From: Octopus vulgaris
Taxonomy: Eukaryota
Assembly: GCA_951406725.2 (NCBI GenBank)
Contig: OX597819.1
Location: forward strand, 25,668,001-25,732,000
Length of the DNA stretch: 64,000 bases
Direction of reading: 5' to 3'
The position numbers and the translations under genes are program-made. Positions 14,099-26,010 of the stretch are shown piece by piece (position 1 is the first letter of the stretch; each line of letters opens with the position of its first letter). Below the pieces are notes generated by a model. It searched no databases. It saw nothing but the letters and a program-made list of their open reading frames with translations, and was not told the origin of the DNA.

Positions 14099-14656
14099 TC
14101 GTTGTAGTTCGTTTGAAGCATTTTTCCCGAATTCTTCATTCATCCTTTCTCTTGATGCTTTTACTACTTTTAATGTGATAATTTTAGTTTAAATTGGTAT
14201 CAAATAATTACATCAAACATATTCATAGTGCTGAATATATACATAACTTAATTGTAATTTTTCCCAGGAGTATCATAATCTTTAGTCACTTTTTATCACT
14301 TTTCAATCTCACGTTCTGTTTTACGATTTTGGGATGGCATAATGACTCGAGAATAGCATTTTTGTGCAATTGCTGGGCTTTTCTGAAATTATCTTCAATG
14401 ATAATTACTTTTCTTACTGCATAAAAATTTGTACAGAATGCGTTCAATCCTGGTTTATTTGTCTTCAACACCTTAATTTTTGATTAGACTGGTTCAGCTG
14501 AGTTGAATTACATATGCTATAACAATTACCTGCCTCTTAATTGTTTTATCAAGAACTTTCTATCCTATGTCTCTCTGCACCCTCTTCCTACTCACAAACA
14601 TATGCATGCACAAACAATACACACACACGCACTTATATACATATATATGTATTTAC

Positions 14657-14696
<40 letters not shown>

Positions 14697-14699
14697 TTC

Positions 14700-15420
14700 C
14701 TTCTGCCTGTTGTTTCTCTCATTCAGCCTCTCTCCCTCTCTTTCTCTCTCTCTCTCTCTATTCTTTCTTTTCTTTTCTTCTGTCTATCGGCGCTTTTACA
14801 CTTACTTCGTTCATTCCAATCTTCGTTCTTTCGTTTCCCCTCTCTCATATTTCCTGGCCTTCTCTTCTTGCTCACTTCTCCTCCTCTTTCATTTCAGTCT
14901 GTCCCTTTCATTTTTTTCTCACCCCTTCTTAATTCTTCTATCCTTCTGCCTCTTCCTCTCTCTCTCTTCACTCTCCCCACGTGACTGGTGTTCGGCCAAA
15001 CCTGACCTTTATTTCTTGGTTCGACTACCATCAGTGCAACATCTATATTCCTCCCTGTGCCTGTCCAAATCTTATGCCCCTGCTATGAGGCTTTACTTCC
15101 ATACACGCCACCTTAAATTATTTCGTCCTTAGTCGAAAAACACCTGTTGTTATTTCCTGCTATTTGCATTTGTATTTGTGTAACATTTCTCCTTTTTTCC
15201 GTCCTTGCTTTCGTATACATTCGCTGCTTTCTTCCAAGGAATAAAATGCTCTTAGCTTAGTTTTTCCTTGGGACTGGCCAGATTGGAGCAATCTCGAGAA
15301 TAACAAGCCGAAATTGCAACGATAATATGGAACTCGAGTGAGGATAGAAAACTCCAAATGACCTATGCTTGTTTTCTTTGTATCGTCTGTCTAGATGATT
15401 TGTTGTCCCTTTTTTGTATT
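14700..15420. mobile_element. Dispersed repeat between (TA)n tracts (probable PLE-derived), related to 62570-63215
   Basis: Shares AGGCTTT..CTT..ATACACGCCA, AGTCGAAA..CCTGTTGTTATTTC and GCTCTTAGCTTAG blocks with 62820-63015. Confidence 0.6.
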
Positions 15421-15440
15421 ATATATACATATGTATATAT

Positions 15441-16403
15441 ATTACATTTTATAAAGGGCTTAGTAAAATAAATTACTTTGCCACATACTGAACTCATTAG
15501 AAATAGCAGCCAAAAAAAATTTTTTTAGCCATTTCTAATACTTAAAGAAAATTTCTCTCAGATAGTGTTTGCTCAAAATAACCCACGAAGGTATGGGGGT
15601 AAAAACATTAAAAAATCACAAGTGCAAAGATTATTTGAGAACGTACGTTTCTAGATCAACCAAATACAATTCGACATTTCTTTCGTCAGCTCAAAATTTC
15701 TTAATTCGGATTTGTAAACACTGAAAGTAGGAGCATACCCTTTTGGCGACTTTTCACCTCCGAAGATCCGTTCAAACTAACAGTGCCAACAAATTCAAAA
15801 TATGCAAGCGAAGAATTTCTGCCCTCCCCCTTCCACCCACGTGGGCTAAACTAGCAAACACCATGTTTTATCGGTGAAACCCGAAGCATTAAACAGAGAG
15901 AAATGAATTATAATTTCAACAATTGAGGGTAAAATTAATTAATTATTAATCAATTTCACCAAGTATTCAGTATGTAAAGGGACCATTTAAGGCGAATTCA
16001 AAATATTACATTTTATAAAGGGCTTAGTAAAATAAATTACTTTGCCACATACTGAACTCATTAGAAATAGCAGCCCAAAAAAATTTTTTTAGCCATTTCT
16101 AATACTTAAAGAAAATTTCTCTCAGATAGTGTTTGCTCAAAAATACCTTCGTGGGTTATTTTGAGCAAACACTATCTGAGAGAAATTTTCTTTAAGTATT
16201 AGAAATGGGTAAACAAATTTTTTTTGGCTGCTATTTCTAATGAGTTCAGTATGTGGCAAAGTAATTTATTTTACTAAGCCCTTTATAAAATGTAATATTT
16301 TGAATTCGCCTTAAATGGTCCCTTTACATAGTGAATACTTGGTGAAATTGATTAATAATTAATTAATTTTACCCTCAATTGTTGAAATTATAATTCATTT
16401 CTC
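15441..16403 (-). mobile_element. Young non-coding Penelope-like/retrozyme-like insertion (direct plus inverted repeats)
   Basis: 15441-15578 is repeated at 16005-16143 (period 564 bp); 15898-16143 is inverted at ~16159-16403; flanked by (TA)n; contains a hammerhead. Confidence 0.85.
15634..15695 (-). ncRNA. Type I hammerhead ribozyme motif
   Basis: TTTGAG-CTGACGA-(stem II)-GAAA-CGTACG-TT-CTCAAA: intact core, 6-bp stem I, palindromic stem III. Confidence 0.8.
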
Positions 16404-16442
<39 letters not shown>

Positions 16443-16687
16443 TGGATATATATGTATGCCCATAGTGGAATCAATCTAAATACACCAACTTAGAGCACCG
16501 TGCCCCCGGTAAGAGTTGCTGCATTTGTAATACTTTTCTTCAGCTTCTGTAATTCTCTATGTTATTTATATTCTGTGTAAGTCGGATCATTTTGTATGTA
16601 AACACATATACATTTTTTAGTATTTCACAATTTAATATACTTTATATATTGATCTTCCTAACTTGCTTATCCCTACATTTACTGATG

Positions 16688-16719
<32 letters not shown>

Positions 16720-16759
16720 TGTATGTATGTATGTATGTATGTATGTATGTACGTATATA

Positions 16760-16943
16760 TAGGCGCAGGTGTGGCTGTTTGGTAAGTAGTTTGCTTACCA
16801 ACCACATGGTCCTGGATTCAGTGCCACTGCGTGGCACCTTCGGCAAGTGTCTTCTACTACAGCCTCGAGCCGACCAAAGCCTTGTGAGTGGATTTGGTAG
16901 ACGGAAACTGGAAGAATCCCGTCGTATATGTATATATATATAG

Positions 16944-16975
<32 letters not shown>

Positions 16976-17203
16976 ATGTGTGTGTATGTGTGTGTATGTG
17001 TGTGTGTGTGTGTTTGTTTGTGTGTTGACAATCAATACCAGTGTGTTTATGTCCCCGTAACTTAGTGATTCGGCAAAAAGATCGATAGAATAAGTACTAG
17101 GCTTGCAAAGAATAAGCTTCTCTGGAGTTGATTTGCTCGACTAAAGGCGGAGCTCCAGCATGGCCGCAGTCAAATGACTGAAACAAGTAAAAAGAAAAAA
17201 GAA
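16760..17203 (+). mobile_element. SINE family A
   Basis: Full head-body-microsatellite-tail structure. Confidence 0.92.
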
Positions 17204-17210
17204 TATAAAT

Positions 17211-17446
17211 AGAGTGGTTGTATACAGTCAACATAACGTGACAGTCCCGTAAGGGAATTACACCACCGCAGTTTAGCCCTAGGAAGCATCAAGCTTCCTG
17301 TCGGCTTTGACACATTTCCTGTGTCCTTATATTTGCGAAGGGAGGGGGCGGAAGCACCCCCACGAGCTAGGATTCACATCTCAGGACATGCATATTTCTG
17401 GGTCTTAACCCGTCATCAGCCCAGGATAGTGAGATCTACTGATTGA
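17211..17446 (-). mobile_element. PLE-like pseudo-LTR remnant (host of ORF1-only element 1; continues at 19079-19125 and 19219-19498)
   Basis: AGAGTGGTTGTATAC.GTCAACAT.ACGTGA recurs at 19219-19241 plus 19490-19497; TATATTTGCGAAGG (17328) is inverted at 19112; carries a hammerhead motif. Confidence 0.6.
17374..17432 (-). ncRNA. Type I hammerhead ribozyme motif (imperfect stems)
   Basis: TCACTATCCTGGG-CTGATGA-C-GGGT-TAAG-ACCC-A-GAAA-TATGCATG-TC-CTGAGATGTGA. Confidence 0.6.
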
Positions 17447-19078
17447 AATCTTTATTATAGGCACAACGGCCCGAATGAAGAGGCGACATAACAATACAAC
17501 ACACGACATGGGGTACATATAACAAAAATACAGAAAGGATGATATGAAATGAAATATTAATAATGAATTAAATGAAATGGCTTACGAGCCCCCCAAAGCT
17601 CGCAGTTTCATTTACAATTACAATTGTACTATCTGGGGTGTTCGTCAGTAATGTAAGCGAGTAATTCATCCTGTTCTATAACGCCGGGCAAACTGTCTTA
17701 TCGAACGTAGTGCGCTATGCACACAGCTATATTTGAAAACAAATTTATTAATATATTTACCGTCTCTTTATCCACAATTGCAGCCTTTATTTGGTTATCC
17801 TATATCCTCGGGTTCAATTTCACTCTCGTTAGATTTTTTCATTATCGCTAATTTTTTCTCAATTTTTTATCCTTTTTGTACAACATTACAGCTTTGAGAT
17901 TTTTTCCTTTCGGTCTTCCTCCTTCCTTGCATCTTTTCTAACATTCTTCCACTCTTGTTGACCATTTATTCGTTTCCTCCCACGTTGGACCTTCACTCAC
18001 TTTCGTTGCTGGATCTCTCCCTTCGTGCGTTCGATTCTCTGTCTCGTCGGCAGACTTCTGTTTAGGTCTTTTTCTTTTTTGGTCTTTGCGTGGTGATTCC
18101 AGCCGTGTTTGCTTTCTATCCTCTTTTTCTTCTGTTCTTTCCTTTTCTTTCTCCTTCACCAAACCGTCACCACTTTCCACATTATCTGTTGTCACGATTT
18201 CCTCTTCCGCGTGCAATTCCACATTCTCCTTTTCTAACTCCTCTGTCAAAGTCTCCATTCCTTCCTCCAGTGTTATCGTCTTCTCTTGTATTTCTCTTTG
18301 AGGACACACATCCTTCATGTGCCCTCTGCTCCTACATTTATAACACGCAGTAGGTCTCCACTGCACCACGACTCTCAGTCGTGTCTCATCGGGGAACACC
18401 AACTCCTCCGGGATGTTATACAAATCTGGCATGGTTATGTGGACCGAAACTTGCACCGCATAACCCCACCAGTTTATTTCTTTCGACATTTCCACCTTAA
18501 GAATGTCCACGCTCTCTTTACGGTCGTAGATTATTGCAGCTACTATTGTTTCGGTATCAAGTTCCGGTGAGATTTTGCTTATTCGTATCCTCACTGCTCT
18601 TTTTCTACAATAACTAGGAAGTAAAACTCATTTTCCGATTTTAACACTGTCGTTGCGTTTCTCTTCGCTTCATCTTCATTTTCAAAACGAATGTCTACCC
18701 TAGCGTATTTTCTACCTCTATTGTAGTAGGTAGTTCTTCCCTTAATTTCCTGTAGACATTTCTCAATCTCTTCCACCTCTGCTACTTCTTTTCTCTTTGA
18801 GACCACATTCCAAGTTCTGTATGTTATGACCTTTTTCTCTGCTTCTTTCACTTCGTCTTCAGGTGGTGTAACCCTCAGGCAGTCACCTTCCTTCTTGAAG
18901 CTGTCGTAGTATTTCCTCAAATTTTCCTTCTCGAGCCTGCTGCTCCCGCATAAGTTTGGGCTTGCATACCCAACAAAAAATCCAACAATTCAACACGACG
19001 CAACAGTTCCAACAACAGAAATCAACAAAATCCAACTCACAACCGCAATACAAAATAACCGACACGAACACTTCCAAG
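17447..19078 (-). mobile_element. ORF1-only non-autonomous non-LTR retroelement 1 (L1/Tx1-like ORF1)
   Basis: Flanking repeat TAGTGAGATCTACTGATTGA (17427-17446) / TAGCGAGATCTGCTTATTGA (19079-19098), 17 of 20 identical; AATAAA at the 3' end; single decayed ORF; no RT. Confidence 0.75.
17629..18967 (-). pseudogene. Frameshifted ORF1/gag-like protein with CCHC zinc knuckle
   Basis: MQAQTYAGAA...CLRVTPP...YARVDIRFENEDEAK...LLPSYCRKRAVRIRI...RPTACYKCRSRGHMKDVCP, then a charged linker, ending ...GVIEQDELLAYITDEHPR*. Confidence 0.8.
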
Positions 19079-19241
19079 TAGCGAGATCTGCTTATTGAGA
19101 TGCCTGTCTAGCCTTCGCAAATATATATATTTACAGTGAAATCTATTCACTGGTTACCGTAATTAGAAATATTAAATTTCGAAATGTCTCAAAGAGACAT
19201 GAGCAATGGTGGAGCGATAGAGTGGTTGTATACTGTCAACA

Positions 19242-19471
19242 GGCGGCGACCTGGCAGAAACGTTAGCACGCCGGGCGAAATGCTTAGCGGTATTTCGTCT
19301 GCGTTACGTTGTGAGTTCAAATTCCGCCGAGGTCGACTTTGCCTTTCATCCTTTCGGGGTCGATAAATTAAGTACCAGTTAGGCACTGGGGTCGATGTAA
19401 TCGACTTAATACCTATGTCCGTCCTTGTTTGTCCCCTCTTTGTTTAGCCCCTTGTGGGTAATAAAGAAATA
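19242..19471 (+). mobile_element. SINE family C, full length, 18-bp TSD
   Basis: TSD GGTTGTATACTGTCAACA immediately either side (19224-19241, 19472-19489). Confidence 0.92.
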
Positions 19472-19786
19472 GGTTGTATACTGTCAACATGACGTGAATC
19501 AATTTCCACTGTACCTTTATGCTGCAATCTTTAATTTCGGTATCATTTCACATGCAACATCTTAGTTATGGTTCACATAAAACCTTTTAAAAACTTCCAG
19601 TTTGGAGGAATTAATATCTACAGAATATCTTATATCACACCTCGTCCTTATACTTAATGGAAGATCACTCGAACTTTTCACACCATGAAATCCTCGAACC
19701 AAGTTAATTCTTGTCCTTTCATTTTCCTTTCCACTTCGAGTTTTTGCATGGATTCTTTTTGGGATGCTAAACAGAATATATATATA

Positions 19787-19907
19787 TTGGCCTGCACGCT
19801 TAGCCGGCGGGGTGGCGTTATTGGAAGGCTAAAACAATGCGAACCCATTGTGACCAGCGATGTGTAGCAACATCTGATGGTCTGGTCGGTCACGTGATCA
19901 CATGATA
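19787..19907 (+). repeat. ~120-bp dispersed element in (TA)n (second copy at 59998-60120, opposite strand)
   Basis: TTGGCCTGC.CGCTTAGCC...TTGTGACCAGCGATGTG...GGTCTGGTCGGTCACGTGATCAC is present in both copies. Confidence 0.8.
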
Positions 19908-19926
19908 TCAATATATATAAATACAT

Positions 19927-19962
<36 letters not shown>

Positions 19963-19972
19963 TTATATATAT

Positions 19973-20173
19973 GTAGGTCCCGGGTTGATTCGGGGTTAAC
20001 CACAGTAAATAAGGTACTCAATACATAGCAGAGTAAAATTAATTTATTATATAGAAGGAGCTTCTACAGGACTAGAACTGTTTCATTCAAGCGAAATCAT
20101 CAGTGAGCTTCCTGATGATTTCTCTTGAATGAAACAGTTCTAGTCCTGTAGAAGCTCCTTCTATATAATAAAT
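19973..20173. mobile_element. PLE pseudo-LTR remnant forming a ~62-bp-arm inverted repeat
   Basis: 20042-20103 is inverted at 20112-20173; flanked by (TA)n. Confidence 0.8.
20105..20157 (+). ncRNA. Type I hammerhead ribozyme motif
   Basis: GAGCTTC-CTGATGA-TTTCTCTTGAAT-GAAA-CAG(TTCTAGTC)CTG-TA-GAAGCTC: perfect 7-bp stem I. Confidence 0.8.
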
Positions 20174-20212
20174 ATATTTATATATATATATATAGATTAA
20201 TATGTGTAGTAA

Positions 20213-20216
20213 TGAC

Positions 20217-20282
<66 letters not shown>

Positions 20283-20504
20283 CCAAGAATGGAATTTTTT
20301 AATATTATAATGCATTACTAAGTGCGTTTCCACGAATCGTTTTTGTGACACTAATCATCATTCGTTGTATGATTATAATATAATTTGTTCATGTGTTCAT
20401 TTATTGAGACAGTATTTAAAATATTTAAAAGATTCACAGATTTCATCCTTGGATCATCATCATCGTCCTCATCATCATCATCATCATCCTCATCATCATC
20501 ATCC

Positions 20505-20575
<71 letters not shown>

Positions 20576-20624
20576 GTTATTATTATTATTATCATTATTA
20601 TTATTATTATTACTGTTGTTGTTG

Positions 20625-20673
<49 letters not shown>
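20213..20673. repeat. (AAT)n and compound (CAT)n/(TAT)n microsatellites
   Basis: Seen directly; they explain the poly-N/D/H/S ORFs. Confidence 0.95.
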
Positions 20674-20674
<1 letters not shown>

Positions 20675-20826
20675 ATCGTTACCATATTTATCGTACATGA
20701 TGCCAGCACTGCACAGTACGATGCCATAAAACATCTGTTGCACGTTGGAATCAAGAAGCCGTAGCAGACATAACATAGGAACTTTTATGTACGTACTCAA
20801 AGATGTTTCCCATTAACGAACTTAAA

Positions 20827-20900
<74 letters not shown>

Positions 20901-21034
20901 AATCCTATTAGTCAATTCTCATACATTTAATATTTTTCTTGCGAACACCTCAAACATGCAAATGCAGACAATTAAAGGTCTAGATACCGAGCAGTAAGAG
21001 GATTATGTGCACATTTGGAGATAATTGTTTCATT

Positions 21035-21180
21035 GTACACAGCGCCTCCTCGCGGATATCAGGCTCTATCAACTAGATCTAACTCATTGTTCCTCTATCC
21101 ACTCTGAAAATCTCCTGTTTGCCAAATCCAGAGAATTTTGTTTCAACCATGCTTCAGATATATTCTGTGATAGTATTTGA
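21035..21180 (-). mobile_element. Possible decayed LINE AP-endonuclease fragment
   Basis: Minus-strand motifs ISEAWL, IFRVDR and RGGAV in shifted frames. Confidence 0.4.
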
Positions 21181-21822
21181 TTCATCATGAACTTTGACAA
21201 GCGAAAATAACCAGTGCTTCACTCCATTATATGGAAAACATTCTGAAACCCTTTACCATTGGAGAGCAAGTCTGCTTCAAATCAATATTATCATTTTCTT
21301 CAAAGAAATGCTTAGGCAGAGTCGATAGCATATGAAGGAAATGACTTAACAAGATTTGTTGCCTTACAAATCATTATATCCGTTTTATTAATTTTAAAGT
21401 TGTGTCTAAGATGTCGTCGGTTTCCTCCCGCAGTTTGTCAGTCATTTGTCATATAGTTAATATATAGGTTGCGTGTACAATAGACGCTACTTCCGATTCC
21501 ATTATAATAGTTAAGATACGCTTTGTGTAAGACAAGATATTTTTTTTTATTTAAGGCATTAAATATGTAGACTGTACATAATGATATCACAGAAATCTAC
21601 TTAAGTATGAAAGCTATTGCCAAAAGATTTATCTCGTGGTACTGATTATTTTACAATACGGAGTTCACTTGAAATGTCTAAGTATTCAGCTAGAAAAATA
21701 TCACCGATTTTATTTATGAAGTAGTAGTAGCGACTTAGAAAAACGCAACAGTATTTATATGTCAAAAATGCTTATATGCATGATTGTATACGAAAGTGAG
21801 CTCATATTAGATGCAATAATAA

Positions 21823-22036
21823 GATGGCGAGTTGGCAGAATCGTTACCACATCAGGAAAATACTTAGCAGCATTTCGTCCGTCCTTATATTCTGGGTTCA
21901 AATGCCGCCAGGGTCGACTTTACTTTTCATGCGTTCGAAGTCAATAATATAAGTACCAGTTGAGCACTGGGGTCGATTTATTGACTAAGAGTCTCCCTGG
22001 AAGTTGCTGGCCTTGAGCCAAAGTTTAAAATCAATA
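21823..22036 (+). mobile_element. SINE family C (older, alternative tail)
   Basis: GGCGAGTTGGCAGAATCGTTA...GGTTCAAATGCCGCC...AAGTACCAGTTGAGCACTGGGGTCGAT. Confidence 0.85.
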
Positions 22037-23944
22037 TCAGATGCAATATTGGAAAGAAAGTAATCTAAGACAATTTACTTCTTTGTGTGACTTGCGTACA
22101 TGCGTTAGCTTTCAAGAAGTTCCATGTCTGCCTGTCACTCGCACCATCTTAGCATAGTATTGGACCGAGGTTTCTGCAATCAGGAGGTAAAGACATTGAA
22201 GTGAGCTAGTTGTTGGATTGTGTTTTTGAGATTTGAAGAGGTCTTCATTCGTCTAAGTAAACCGATGCTTGTCACTTTATCTGCATAATACGCCCTCTGT
22301 AAGTGTTCTTCTAAGAAACGACATTTCCGGAGTGTTGATAAAATCTTTACTTGTTTATTGGCCATCCAGATTACACAACTATACGTAGAGAAAAACTACG
22401 TATTTCTGGGTGATGAAAAGTCAACTCGAGATTTCAGAAGTTTTTGAGAGAATATGGAGTTACACCTTAGTGATTACTAATCCATTTCTCTCTCAGGATT
22501 GTTCCGGCCTAGAGTCGTAGTACCTATTGAATTATTCCCGGGTCAGAAAATAAAAGAAAATCCTACACCATACGTCCATAATTGTGTGGCTATACAGTTT
22601 TTGGACAAAGGCTGGCTCTTGATAATTTGATATTGAAGTCCACATGTTTGTAGACATGTACTGATGCCAATTGAACCAAACACAAGTTGCTCCTGTGCCT
22701 CGTGAGCAAGCTCAAGAAAGCAGGAGTTTTGTATTGCAATCTGTAAATAAGCTGACATGAGGTAATGAGAAACCACGATTATATCTTTCTCCGAAAAGTT
22801 ACCAGTCTGCAAACTTTATGTAATGCCCCCGACGTAAATTGAAACACGAAGAACATGTTTATTTCCGTGTTGAATGAAATTAGAATATTTAATATTTTGG
22901 GTTTTTATAACTTTAAGAGAAAAGTACATTTAATATCACGAAGTCAGTGTTATTAAATAACACAATAAAACTACTTCAAGAAACATGAATTCAGGTCATT
23001 AATAAAATGATTCAAAAAATTTTCTTTAATTTTTGAAAAACTATTGCTTTATTCATAGGACGACAATTAACGCCATATTTGAAATTTCTATTTTGATAAA
23101 GGAATGCAGCCGGAAGTGTTTTTGGAAAACTTTTGTAAATAACAAAATGTAGTCAAAGTTAGAATCACTACTTCCAACAGTTTAATATTCTTGATGGATT
23201 TAATTTCCGTTTCTTCTTTTAAGACACTACATGAAGTTGTAAATTATTCGTCAATAGTGTCCAGTTTGGTATTGTGTCTTAGCAATGAAGCTCACGTACT
23301 TCTTTAGCACATGGAGTGCTTTCAAAATAAATTAATTCATTTGTCACATTTTGATATTTCTCATTCTTTGTTTTTCTGTCAACTGCATTTGGTAAATATG
23401 TAAAAGGTTCAAACTTATGCGTTTCCGTTATACCATATTGTCTACACCAAATATGATTTTCCTTCTACTCAAAGAGAAACTTTATTGGTATCCAGGGAGA
23501 AAGTATTAGTTTTATAGCTTGAACTAATGTTATGTAAATGGAAATTACAAATTAAAAGTTTTAAGTGTATATACAAACTTTGAATACGCAAAACCTTAAG
23601 TGTCTAAATAGGCTTATGTTTAAGTGTTTCTATTTATCAGTCATAATGATAAGCAGAAAATATCTTAATGTGCTGGGTGTGACATAGATATTTACTCATT
23701 ATTCACACATAATTGAAACAATCGCAAAACCAGTTGCAGATTTTATGCGACGTATAATGCTTCCTCATATTCTTGGTTTTATTGTTGATCCTTAATTAAA
23801 TATGGCTGCTATGTGAAACAGTTTCAGAATTGATAATGACTGATATAAAGAATCGAGAGGTGATAAAACAGCAGAGAAAAGATTAAGGGCTACGGTGAAC
23901 GCAAATGGTAACCTAAACCTAATGGTAACCTAAACTATCATTCT

Positions 23945-24345
23945 TCTATTCTTTTACTTGTTTCAGTCATTTGACTGTGGCCATGTTGGAGCACTGTTTG
24001 TAATCGAAAAAATTGACCCCAAGGACTTATTGTTTGTAAACATAGTACTTGTTCTATCGGTCTCTTTCGGAACTGCTAAGTTACATAGACGTAAACACAC
24101 CAGCATCAGTTGTCAAGCGACGGTGAAGGGAGAAACACACACACACAAACATGCATACACAAACACACACACACATCCATACACACACACACGACGAGTT
24201 TCTTTCAGTTTCTGTCAACAAAATTCACTCACAAGACCTTGGTCGGCCCGTGGCTATGGTAGAAGACACTCGCCCGAGTCTCCATGTAGTGAAACTCAAC
24301 CTAGAACGATGTGGCTGGGAAGCAAGCTTCTTACCACACAGCCTG
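23945..24345 (-). mobile_element. SINE family A
   Basis: Homology to other family A copies. Confidence 0.88.
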
Positions 24346-24961
24346 TAAAATTTCATTAACCAAAACCTAAAAATTTCTATTTCATGATACAACAAACCAT
24401 GGAATAAATATATAAGCCGTAACCGGTACACTTAATTACACAAACCTCTGATTTATGGGGAAGTTACATCCACTTTATGAAATCTTAACATTTGCCGCCA
24501 TAGAACATCACTTACTCCTGCGGGTCATCCTCTTTCACCTCTATGACTTTTAGATACTGGCTTATATAAAACTTGGCTTTAAACAGAGCATAATACTAAA
24601 TCAAATGTTATAATTCTAATTAGGCCAAAACGTGCTTATTGTTATCCCCATAGGTACCGATGATTAGACCCACTCCCCACAGCACGTCTTCATGTATCTA
24701 TTAACTCTAGTGAGATTTTTATCTTACCACAATTGATTATGTTAAGATTTTAAAAACCTGCATTGCACCTGTGCACGTTGCTTGAACACAAGTTCTGACT
24801 AATCTCTGATTTATGGATGATGTATTTGTCCCATATGAATGGATGAAATAACCAGAAAACGATGAAGACAGTCATATTTAGGATCAAAATTAGTAAAATA
24901 TTTACTGTCCAAAGACAAATATGTATTTGTCACCTTAATATTAGGGAAACATTTAGGAAAT

Positions 24962-25596
24962 GTTCTTTTCTACTCTAGGTACAAGGCCCGAAAATTTGGG
25001 GGAGAGTGCCAGTCGATTAGGTCGATCCTAGTACAGACAAACGGATTAAGTCGATTATATCGACCCCAATGCGTTACTGGTACTTTTTTAATCAACCCTG
25101 AATGGATGAAAGGCAAAGTTGACCTCGGCGGAATTTGAACTCAGAACGTAGAGGCAAACGAAATACCTATTTCTATTTCTTTATTACCCACATGGGGCTA
25201 AACATAGAGGAGACAAACAAGGACAGACAAACGGATTAAGTCGATTACATCGACCCCAGTGCTTAACTGGTACTTAATTTAACGACCCCGAAAGGATAAA
25301 ATGCAAAGTCTACCTCGGCGGAATTTGAACTCAGAACGTAGAGGCAAACGAAATACCTATTTCTATTTCTTTATTACCCAAAAGGGTCTAAACACAGAGA
25401 GGATAAACAAGGACAGACAAACGGATTAAGTCGATTATATCTACCCCAGTGCGTAACTGGTACTTAGTTTATCGCCCCCCAAAGGATGAAATGCAAAGTC
25501 GACCTCGACGGAATTTGAACTCAGAACGTAGCGGCAGACGAAATAGTGCTAAGCTTTTCGCCCGGCGTGCTAACGTATCTGCCAGCTCGCCGCCTT
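24962..25596 (-). mobile_element. Tandem family C SINE array (190-bp period)
   Basis: ACAGACAAACGGATTAAGTCGATT at 25033, 25223 and 25413; only one complete head, at ~25545-25596. Confidence 0.9.
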
Positions 25597-25643
25597 AATA
25601 TTTAGGAAATATTAAAATATTGATTTCCCAATCACCATCGCCA

Positions 25644-26003
25644 TCTTCTTCTTCTTCTTCTTCTTCTTCTTCTTCTTCTTCTTCTTCTTCTTCTTCTTCT
25701 TCTTCTTCTTCTTCTTCTTCTTCTTCTTCTTCTTCTTCTTCTTCTTCATCATCTTCTTCTTCTTCTTCTTCTTTTTCTTTCTCTTCTTCTTCTTCTTCTT
25801 CTTCTTCTCCTTCTTCTTCTTCTTCTTCTTCATCATCTTCTTCTTCTTCTTCTTCTTCTTCTTCTCTTCTTTTTCTTTCTCTTCTTCTTCTTCTTCTTCT
25901 TCTTCTTTTTCTTCTTCTTCTTCTTCTTCTTCTTCTTCTCTTCTTCTTCTTCTTCTTCTTCTTCTTCTTCTTCTTCTTCTTCTTCTTCTTCTTCTTCTTC
26001 TTC
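25644..26003. repeat. (TTC)n microsatellite, ~360 bp
   Basis: Seen directly. Confidence 0.97.
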
Positions 26004-26010
26004 AATAATA

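Noticed and set aside
15119-15140. CTAAGGA-C-GAAA on the minus strand as a stem-II-less hammerhead
   Set aside because: G5 is mutated and stems I and III do not form.
17938-18920. Host zinc-knuckle gene or LTR-retrotransposon gag
   Set aside because: Frameshifts and stops, no introns, no LTR/PBS/PPT, and a long TSD-like flank favour a non-LTR retroposed element.
24962-25596. CRISPR-like periodicity
   Set aside because: Whole 190-bp units are homologous; there are no unique spacers or cas genes, and the context is eukaryotic.
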